Source of the DNA: a virus
Lineage: Duplodnaviria; Heunggongvirae; Uroviricota; Caudoviricetes
Virus record (IMG/VR): IMGVR_UViG_3300029738_000110
Strand: one strand, 5' to 3'
DNA: 5,371 nucleotides
The notes beneath the pieces were generated by a model that had not been told where the DNA came from, did not search any database, and saw only the letters and a program-made list of their open reading frames with translations. Shown one piece after another: positions 1 through 5,371 of the stretch (position 1 is the first letter of the stretch; each line of letters starts with the position of its first letter). The translations under genes were made by a program, and so were the position numbers.

Positions 1-935
1 GGGTTGACGCCGGAAGAATCAGAGAACAGATACCGTTTTTACTGTAAAACCGTGGCCAATATTACTTGACCACTACAAAGGATGCCAACGATAAATGGAA
101 TGCCATGTGGGCTGTCAAAATTGAGCAGACCAAAGACGGCAAACATTATGTCGCGGGTATTGGCCTCAGCATGGAGGACACGGAAGAAGGCAAGCTGAGC
201 CAGTTTCTGGTTGCCGCTAACCGTATCGCGTTTATTGACCCGGCAAACGGGAATGAAACGCCGATGTTTGTGGCGCAGGGCAACCAGATATTCATGAACG
301 ACGTGTTCCTGAAGCGCCTGACGGCCCCCACCATTACCAGTGGTGGAAATCCACCGGCATTTTCCCTGACATCAGACGGAAAGCTGACCGCTAAAAATGC
401 GGATATCAGTGGCAGAGTGAATGCGAACGCCGGGACGCTCAACAATGTCACGGTAAATGAAAACTGTACGATTAAGGGCATGCTGGAGGCGACTCAGGTC
501 AGAGGTGACTTCGTTAAAGCTGTATCCAAATCATTCCCGAAACAGGCTGGTACGTGGGGTAACACGGAAACACCAAACGGGACGGTTACAGTCACCATCA
601 GCGATGATCATAACTTTGACCGTCAAATCATTATTCCGCCCATTATCTTTAACGGAATAGCGTATAGCGATCCGGGAAGTGGTAATAACCCGGGAGGTAC
701 AAGATACACGGGTTATGGTTTTGAAGTTCGCAAAAACGGTGTATTAATCGCATCCAGAGAAACTAAAGGGGCCATTCCCGGTAGCTACAGTGCGGTTATT
801 GATATGCCGAGTGGCAGGGGAAGCGTCACTCTGGAGTTTAAGGTTTTCCATAAAGGCAATCAGTGGGCAGGTAATATCACCGACTGTACGGTGATTGTGA
901 CCAAAAAAGCCGCTTCCGGCATCAGTATTCGTTGA
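1..935 (+). CDS. J: 3' portion of host-specificity protein J (central tail fibre / tail tip), partial at the window edge. The frame is discontinuous: frame 1 is open from 1 to 66 and stops at TGA 67-69, while the long frame-3 ORF (66-935) has an in-frame TAA at 45-47. Possible frameshifted pseudogene.
   Basis: The 289-aa translation ([91 protein letters not shown]...GISIR) matches, from memory, the C-terminal region of lambda J-family proteins. There is no ATG or Shine-Dalgarno at the ORF start (TTG at 66 only), consistent with a gene that begins upstream. It sits directly upstream of lom and stf, as in lambda. Confidence 0.8.
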
Positions 936-956
936 AATTGTTATAACCCATATAAG

Positions 957-980
957 GGCACCAGAAATGGTGCCTTTTTT
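957..980 (+). terminator. Rho-independent terminator downstream of J
   Basis: A 7-bp perfect stem (GGCACCA 957-963 pairing with TGGTGCC 968-974) closes a GAAA tetraloop and is followed by TTTTTT at 975-980. Confidence 0.7.
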
Positions 981-993
981 ATTGCAGAAAAGC

Positions 994-999
994 GAGAGG
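994..999 (+). promoter_or_regulatory. Shine-Dalgarno for lom
   Basis: GAGAGG lies 5 nt upstream of the ATG at 1005. Confidence 0.55.
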
Positions 1000-1004
1000 T
1001 AATT

Positions 1005-1076
1005 ATGCGTAAACTTTATGCCGCCATTTTGTCCGCAGCCATTTGTCTGGCCGTATCCGGTGCGCCTGCATGGGCA
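1005..1076 (+). other. Sec signal peptide of Lom (predicted signal peptidase I cleavage after AWA)
   Basis: A basic N-terminus (MRK), a hydrophobic core (LYAAILSAAICLAV) and an A-W-A motif precede the mature N-terminus SEHQ. Confidence 0.7.
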
Positions 1077-1604
1077 TCTGAACATCAGTCCACGCTGAGC
1101 GCGGGGTATCTTCATGCCCGGACCAACGTTCCCGGCAGTGATGATCTGAACGGGATTAACGTGAAATACCGTTATGAGTTTACGGATACGCTGGGGCTGG
1201 TGACGTCATTCAGCTATGCAGGAGACAAGAATCGCCAGCTGACCCGTTACAGCGATACCAGCTGGCATGAAGATTCCGTGCGTAACCGCTGGTTCAGCGT
1301 GATGGCGGGGCCGTCTGTGCGCGTGAATGAATGGTTCAGCGCGTATGCGATGGCGGGTATGGCTTACAGCCGTGTTTCGACTTTTTCCGGGGATTACCTT
1401 CGCGTAACTGACAACAAGGGGAAAACGCACGATGTGCTGACCGGAAGTGATGACGGTCGCCACAGCAACACGTCTCTGGCGTGGGGGGCTGGCGTGCAGT
1501 TTAACCCGACCGAATCCGTGGCCATTGATATTGCTTATGAAGGCTCCGGTAGTGGTGACTGGCGCACTGACGGTTTCATCGTGGGTGTCGGTTATAAATT
1601 CTGA
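1005..1604 (+). CDS. lom: Lom, an Ail/Lom/PagC/OmpX-family outer-membrane beta-barrel protein (lambdoid moron)
   Basis: The 199-aa ORF has an N-terminal signal peptide (MRKLYAAILSAAICLAVSGAPAWA, then SEHQ) with an AXA cleavage site. It has alternating amphipathic beta-strand character and ends in the OMP-typical aromatic ...GVGYKF. Its position between J and stf is the same as lambda lom. Confidence 0.9.
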   Translation: MRKLYAAILSAAICLAVSGAPAWASEHQSTLSAGYLHARTNVPGSDDLNGINVKYRYEFTDTLGLVTSFSYAGDKNRQLTRYSDTSWHEDSVRNRWFSVMAGPSVRVNEWFSAYAMAGMAYSRVSTFSGDYLRVTDNKGKTHDVLTGSDDGRHSNTSLAWGAGVQFNPTESVAIDIAYEGSGSGDWRTDGFIVGVGYKF

Positions 1605-1630
1605 TTAGCCAGGTAACACAGTGTTATGAC

Positions 1631-1657
1631 AGCCCGCCGGTTCAGGTGGGCTTTTTT
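1631..1657 (+). terminator. Rho-independent terminator downstream of lom
   Basis: An 8-bp stem (AGCCCGCC 1631-1638 pairing with GGTGGGCT 1645-1652, one G-U pair) closes a 6-nt loop and is followed by TTTTT at 1653-1657. Confidence 0.7.
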
Positions 1658-1668
1658 GTGGGGGGAAT

Positions 1669-4065
1669 ATGGCAGTAAAGATTTCAGGTGTACTGAAAGA
1701 CGGCACAGGAAAACCGGTACAGAACTGCTCAATCCAGCTGAAAGCAAAACGTAACAGCACCACGGTGGTAGTGAACACGCTGGCCTCAGAAAATCCGGAT
1801 GAAGCCGGGCGTTACAGTATGGATGTTGAGTATGGCCAGTACAGCGTTATCCTGCTGGTTGAAGGTTTTTCGCCTTCACATGCCGGGACCATCACCGTGT
1901 ATGAAGATTCTAAGCCGGGGACGCTGAATGATTTTCTCGGTGCCATGACGGAAGATGATGTCATGCCGGAGGCATTGCGTCGTTTTGAGGAAATGGTGGA
2001 AGAAGCGGCACGCAACGCTGAAGCCGCCTCTCAGAGCGCAGCGGCGGCAAAGAAATCCGAAACTGCAGCGGCATCATCGAAGAACGCGGCGAAAACCTCA
2101 GAAACGAATGCAGCTAATAGTGCACAGGCGGCAGCGACCTCAAAGACTGCATCGGCAAACTCCGCGACAGCAGCCAAAAAATCAGAAACCAACGCGAAAA
2201 ATAGCGAGACAGCCGCAAAGACGAGCGAAACCAACGCAAAGTCCAGCCAGACGGCAGCGAAAACCAGCGAAACGAATGCCAAAGCCAGTGAAACTGCGGC
2301 AAAAAACAGCCAGGTTGCAGCAGCCCAAAGCGAGAGCGCGGCAGCCGGTTCTGCGACTTCAGCAGCTGGATCAGCAACTGCTGCGGCTAACAGCCAGAAA
2401 GCTGCGAAGACGAGTGAAACTAACGCAAAGTCCAGCCAGACGGCAGCGAAGACCAGCGAAACGAATGCCAAAGCCAGCGAAACTGCGGCGAAAAACAGTC
2501 AGGATGCAGCAGCCCAAAGCGAGAGTGCTGCAGCTGGTTCTGCAAGCGCGGCGGCTGCTTCTGCCACTGCATCAGCCAACAGTCAAAAAGCAGCAAAAAC
2601 CAGTGAAACCAATGCAAAGACAAGCGAGACTGCAGCGGCGAACTCGGCGAAAGCATCGGCAGCAAGCCAGACAGCAGCTAAAGCAAGTGAAGACGCAGCC
2701 AGAGAGTATGCAAGTCAGGCAGCAGAGCCGTATAAATATGTCTTACAGCCACTGCCTGATGTGTGGATACCGTTTAACGATTCACTGGATATGATTACGG
2801 GCTTTTCGCCGTCATATAAAAAAATTGTTATTGGTGATGATGAAATAACGATGCCTGGCGACAAGGTTGTTAAGTTTAAACGCGCATCAACTGCCACATA
2901 TATCAATAAATCAGGCGTATTTAGTGTTGCTAAAATTGATGAGCCACGATTTGAAAAAGAAGGTTTATTGATTGAAGGACAGCGCACTAACTATTTTGTT
3001 AAATCCAATACTCCCGCTGAATGGACGAGTACCAGCAATATCGATAAAACTAATAATGGTGTTGATGAATTTGGTTTTTCATATGCCAAAATGCGAACAA
3101 AAGATAATATGACAGGACAATCATCTGCACTTAGTCTGCATACATGCAGTGCATCCCGGGGGATTGATGTTAGTGGCGATAATAAGTATTGCACTGTTTC
3201 ATGCAGGGTTAAAGCTCCTGATGGTCTTCGTTGTCGTTTGCGTTTTGAAAAATACGATGGGTCGGTTTATACATTTTTAGGAGATGCTTATTTAACTTTC
3301 GGAACTCTGATAATAGAAAAAACTGGCGGAGCAGCCAATAGAATAGCAGCTACTGCAACTAAAGATCCGGTTACAGGGTGGATTTTCTATGAGGCAACTA
3401 TAGAAGCTGTTGAAGGTGAAACCTTAATTGGCGCAATGATTCAGTATGCGCCGAAAAAAGGTGGTATAACTGAAGCGGGAGATTATATTTACCTTGCAAC
3501 ACCACAATTTGAAAACGGCGGATGTGCTTCATCTTTTGTTATTACGACAACTGCACCCGCAACCCGCTCCAGTGATATGGTGACGATCCCAACTGAAAAT
3601 AATATCTATAATAGACCGCTTACGTGTCTTGTCGAGGTTAATAGAAATTGGGGCGATATTCCTCCTAATGTAGCACCGCGTATTTTTGATTTTTCTGGTG
3701 TGCCACCTATTGAGTCAATTACATACGCTTTTAACACAACTGAGAAATATTACGGTCAGCTTTATATGCAAACTTATAAAGCGTCGACAAGTACTTACGT
3801 TTCTAGTGTGTTTGCTGGTCGAGCTGATGTTCGAAAATTCATTGGTGGTTTTAATATTTATTCTGATGGTACTAAACGAGTAGTTTCTAACGGTGAGGCT
3901 ACTAAAACTATGAAAACGGAGTGGACGGGCGTAAAAACACGGACCTTTATTCGAATTGGAGGTCAAGCCACATCGGGAACTCGTCATCTATTCGGCCATT
4001 TGAGAAATCTTCGTCTCTGGCATAAAGAATTAACTGATGCGCAAATGGGGGAGAGTATTAAATGA
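1669..4065 (+). CDS. stf: Side tail fibre protein (Stf family). It has a lambda-like N-terminal attachment domain, an Ala/Ser/Thr-rich repetitive shaft, and a divergent AT-rich distal (receptor-binding) domain.
   Basis: The 798-aa ORF starts MAVKISGVLKDGTGKPVQNCSIQLKAKRNSTTVVVNTLASENPDEAGRYSMDVEYGQYSVIL..., which matches the N-terminus of lambda Stf as I recall it. A G-rich Shine-Dalgarno (GGGGGGAA, 1660-1667) lies just upstream of the ATG. The central part is an SETNAK/TAAKTS repeat shaft. The C-terminus ends ...FGHLRNLRLWHKELTDAQMGESIK. Confidence 0.9.
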   Translation: MAVKISGVLKDGTGKPVQNCSIQLKAKRNSTTVVVNTLASENPDEAGRYSMDVEYGQYSVILLVEGFSPSHAGTITVYEDSKPGTLNDFLGAMTEDDVMPEALRRFEEMVEEAARNAEAASQSAAAAKKSETAAASSKNAAKTSETNAANSAQAAATSKTASANSATAAKKSETNAKNSETAAKTSETNAKSSQTAAKTSETNAKASETAAKNSQVAAAQSESAAAGSATSAAGSATAAANSQKAAKTSETNAKSSQTAAKTSETNAKASETAAKNSQDAAAQSESAAAGSASAAAASATASANSQKAAKTSETNAKTSETAAANSAKASAASQTAAKASEDAAREYASQAAEPYKYVLQPLPDVWIPFNDSLDMITGFSPSYKKIVIGDDEITMPGDKVVKFKRASTATYINKSGVFSVAKIDEPRFEKEGLLIEGQRTNYFVKSNTPAEWTSTSNIDKTNNGVDEFGFSYAKMRTKDNMTGQSSALSLHTCSASRGIDVSGDNKYCTVSCRVKAPDGLRCRLRFEKYDGSVYTFLGDAYLTFGTLIIEKTGGAANRIAATATKDPVTGWIFYEATIEAVEGETLIGAMIQYAPKKGGITEAGDYIYLATPQFENGGCASSFVITTTAPATRSSDMVTIPTENNIYNRPLTCLVEVNRNWGDIPPNVAPRIFDFSGVPPIESITYAFNTTEKYYGQLYMQTYKASTSTYVSSVFAGRADVRKFIGGFNIYSDGTKRVVSNGEATKTMKTEWTGVKTRTFIRIGGQATSGTRHLFGHLRNLRLWHKELTDAQMGESIK
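2215..2592 (+). repeat. In-frame tandem direct repeat of two 189-bp units (63 aa each) in the stf shaft, followed by a partial third unit to about 2645. It contains nested 27-33 bp sub-repeats encoding (A)AKTSETNAK-like motifs.
   Basis: Copy 1 begins gcaaagacgagcgaaaccaacgcaaagtccagccagacggcagcg at 2215. Copy 2 begins gcgaagacgagtgaaactaacgcaaagtccagccagacggcagcg at 2404, exactly 189 bp later. The copies are near-identical and differ mainly at synonymous positions plus a few substitutions. Confidence 0.85.
4047..4055 (+). promoter_or_regulatory. Shine-Dalgarno for the 93-aa ORF, embedded in the 3' end of stf
   Basis: GGGGGAGAG lies 6-7 nt upstream of the ATG at 4062. The ATG overlaps the stf stop (ATGA at 4062-4065). 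Confidence 0.55.
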
Positions 4066-4343
4066 AAGATTTAACACTCAAATTTGCAGACAGGGCCGAC
4101 TTTTCGGCCTTTATGGAGAGCATTGGCTATTATGATGACGAGTCGATGCAGGATGATATTCTTATTGACGTGATAGGTAATGTGTACAAAGAAACCGGAG
4201 AACTTACTGAAGATGGCGAGCCGGTATGTGTTAAGGAGGACGGATATTTTGTAAATGTGCGCATCATTAATGATTCGCAAATATCGTCATTATTCGATGA
4301 ATACGTGGTTGCTGTTGAGCATCAACTCCGTAGCTGGATGTGA
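4062..4343 (+). CDS. Small acidic hypothetical protein (93 aa), translationally coupled to stf. Candidate tail-fibre accessory or chaperone protein, unrelated to Tfa.
   Basis: The ORF has an ATG start with an upstream Shine-Dalgarno and a 4-bp ATGA overlap with the stf stop. It is Asp/Glu-rich (MKDLTLKFADRADFSAFMESIGYYDDESMQDDILIDVIGNVYKETGELTEDGEPVCVKEDGYF...). It shares the AT-rich composition of the stf distal domain. I recognise no family. Confidence 0.6.
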   Translation: MKDLTLKFADRADFSAFMESIGYYDDESMQDDILIDVIGNVYKETGELTEDGEPVCVKEDGYFVNVRIINDSQISSLFDEYVVAVEHQLRSWM

Positions 4344-4346
4344 GGA
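4342..4346 (+). promoter_or_regulatory. Shine-Dalgarno for the 234-aa ORF
   Basis: GAGGA overlaps the stop of the 93-aa ORF and lies 6 nt upstream of the ATG at 4353. Confidence 0.5.
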
Positions 4347-4352
4347 AGAAAA

Positions 4353-5057
4353 ATGGCTACATCGACAGTAATTCCTGATGACATCAAAACGCTAAAGGGA
4401 GATGTCAGTAAGGCAAAGGAAGATATTTCCTCAATTAACGTAAAAGTATCAACGCTTCAGACTGATATGGACAGTGCAAAGCAGGATATCAGTACCAGAT
4501 ACACAAAAACAGAAGTGGATAATAAGCTGAAAAACAAAGTGGAAGTGAACGATCTGGAAAGTGGTCGTTATGGCGGAGATTTTTACCCGCTGACTGGCCG
4601 TGAAGCGTTTTATTTATGGGGATTGGGCACAACTACAGCGGCGGCAAATCTTTATCTTAATCCTGACCCTGCAATTTCGTCTGTGCTGCGGTCAACATCG
4701 TCTATCCGCTATAAACATTCAGTAGAGACGATAGATTCAGAGCACGCCGATCTCATTTTCAGGATGCGCCCTGTGTGGTACAGGTCGCAATGCGAAAATG
4801 ACAGGCGTGACTGGGGATTCTATGGATTGATTGCCGAGGAAGTTGGAGAAATTGCCCCTCAGTTTGTTCACTGGCGACCAGCCAACGAAGATGATGCACC
4901 GGAAACCATTTCCAGCAATGGCCTTGTTGCCGAAGGTGTAATGTACGAACGTCTGGTTGTTCCACTGATTCACCATATCCAGAAGCTGACTGAAAGAGTT
5001 GATGAACTTGAGTCAGAATTAAAGTTGTTATCCGTTTCCCGAAGCGATATCGGATAA
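4353..5057 (+). CDS. Tail-fibre-like protein with an N-terminal coiled coil and a C-terminal intramolecular chaperone domain (peptidase S74 / endosialidase-chaperone type), 234 aa
   Basis: The N-terminal 70 aa or so are heptad-like and charged (DIKTLKGDVSKAKEDISSINVKVSTLQTDMDSAKQDISTRYTKTEVDNKLKNKVEV). The C-terminal half carries the characteristic chaperone-domain pattern: SSIRYK (aa 116-121, nt 4698-4715; compare the S-D-x-R-x-K autocleavage motif), then VETID..ADLIFRMRPVWYR, then GFYGLIAEEVGEIAPQFV (compare GxIAQEVxxVxPExV), then GVMYERLVVPLIHHIQKLTERVDELESEL (compare the conserved Y..L..LI.AIQEL coiled-coil tail). Confidence 0.75.
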   Translation: MATSTVIPDDIKTLKGDVSKAKEDISSINVKVSTLQTDMDSAKQDISTRYTKTEVDNKLKNKVEVNDLESGRYGGDFYPLTGREAFYLWGLGTTTAAANLYLNPDPAISSVLRSTSSIRYKHSVETIDSEHADLIFRMRPVWYRSQCENDRRDWGFYGLIAEEVGEIAPQFVHWRPANEDDAPETISSNGLVAEGVMYERLVVPLIHHIQKLTERVDELESELKLLSVSRSDIG

Positions 5058-5062
5058 AGGAG
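5056..5062 (+). promoter_or_regulatory. Strong Shine-Dalgarno (AAGGAGG) for the 97-aa ORF
   Basis: The consensus AAGGAGG lies 5 nt upstream of the ATG at 5068. Confidence 0.65.
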
Positions 5063-5067
5063 GCGTA

Positions 5068-5361
5068 ATGGATATAACACCTTTCCTTCATGCACTTTGT
5101 GCTGTGGCTGCGCAGGTACTGGTTGGTCTTTTTACCGGAAACTGGGCTTACGGGGCGATAGCTGGTTGTACGTTCTTCATTGCGCGTGAACATACCCAGG
5201 CAGAATATCGCTGGATTGAAATGTTCGGGCATGGCAAGCGTATGAATATGCCGTGGTGGGGCGGTTTTGATCCGCGTGCGTGGGATGTGGCAAGCCTGAT
5301 GGATTTTGCTGTGCCGGTGGTGGCGTGTCTGCTGGTCTGGCTGTTGGTTAATCGTGGGTGA
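5068..5361 (+). CDS. Small predicted inner-membrane protein (97 aa, two hydrophobic helices), function unknown. Candidate prophage moron.
   Basis: It has an ATG start with a consensus Shine-Dalgarno. Hydrophobic segments lie at about aa 6-36 (FLHALCAVAAQVLVGLFTGNWAYGAIAGCTFFIA) and aa 76-95 (LMDFAVPVVACLLVWLLV). They are separated by a polar, Trp-rich loop (EYRWIEMFGHGKRMNMPWWGGFDPRAWD). Confidence 0.65.
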   Translation: MDITPFLHALCAVAAQVLVGLFTGNWAYGAIAGCTFFIAREHTQAEYRWIEMFGHGKRMNMPWWGGFDPRAWDVASLMDFAVPVVACLLVWLLVNRG

Positions 5362-5371
5362 AAAAAGGTGA

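Noticed and set aside
928-960. Possible sigma70 promoter for lom (TTGAAA at 932-937, TATAAG at 951-956)
   Set aside because: The spacing between the candidate -35 and -10 hexamers is about 13 bp, which is too short. The -10-like element is also immediately followed by the terminator hairpin. Not supportable from sequence alone.
146-1115. Antisense and alternate-frame ORFs inside J and across the J-lom junction (146-481 -, 457-660 +, 744-1115 -)
   Set aside because: They are embedded in or opposite the J and lom coding sequences, lack start signals, and the 744-1115 ORF runs through the terminator hairpin. The sense-strand genes explain the region.
2215-2645. Possible CRISPR-like or non-coding repeat array
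   Set aside because: The repeats are in-frame, vary at codon third positions, have no spacer and repeat architecture, and encode the fibre shaft. This is a protein-coding tandem duplication, not CRISPR.
2031-2665. Antisense ORFs (146, 87 and 81 aa) opposite the stf repeat shaft, Ala/Phe/Leu-rich
   Set aside because: They are reverse-complement artefacts of the repetitive coding sequence. They have no translation signals and are hydrophobic low-complexity mirror images of the sense repeats.
1955-2794. 279-aa + strand ORF, extremely Arg/Gln/Lys-rich, overlapping the stf repeat region in another frame
   Set aside because: It is an alternate-frame reading of the GC-rich Ala/Ser/Thr repeat DNA (gca/gcg/acg codons read out of frame give Arg and Gln runs). 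It has no Shine-Dalgarno, lies entirely inside the well-supported stf CDS, and is low-complexity.
2704-4065. Diversity-generating retroelement target (variable region at the fibre C-terminus)
   Set aside because: There is no reverse transcriptase ORF, no template-repeat copy of the stf 3' end downstream, and no adenine-specific variability pattern within the window.
2700-4343. Invertible (Pin/Gin/Cin-type) tail-fibre C-terminal segment, as in the Rac, e14, Mu and P1 fibre regions
   Set aside because: I found no inverted-repeat crossover sites flanking the distal domain, no oppositely oriented alternative C-terminal exon or tfa copy, and no invertase gene in the window. All genes are co-directional.
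4759-5232. 157-aa antisense ORF spanning the end of the 234-aa gene and the start of the 97-aa gene, plus a 79-aa antisense ORF at 4737-4976
   Set aside because: Both overlap two well-supported, Shine-Dalgarno-preceded sense genes on the opposite strand. They have no ribosome-binding site and no recognisable protein features, so they are most likely spurious.

Overview
This window reads as the tail-fibre end of a lambdoid (lambda-like) prophage late operon from an enterobacterial host, with every supported gene on the + strand. In order: the 3' end of a J-type central tail fibre gene (1-935, frame broken near 45-69), an intrinsic terminator, lom (Ail/Lom outer-membrane beta-barrel, 1005-1604), a second terminator, and a 798-aa side tail fibre gene stf (1669-4065). 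The stf gene has a lambda-like N-terminus, an Ala/Ser/Thr-rich shaft with a 189-bp tandem duplication, and an AT-rich distal domain ending in a LamG/concanavalin-like motif. No canonical tfa follows. Instead there are three tightly packed small genes: a 93-aa acidic protein whose start overlaps the stf stop (4062-4343), a 234-aa coiled-coil protein with a C-terminal intramolecular-chaperone (peptidase S74-like) domain (4353-5057), and a 97-aa two-helix membrane protein (5068-5361). The most interesting signal is this non-canonical accessory module and the compositional break (about 2760-4560) that marks a swapped receptor-binding cassette. All identifications rest on reading the translations against remembered family sequences; no database search was run.
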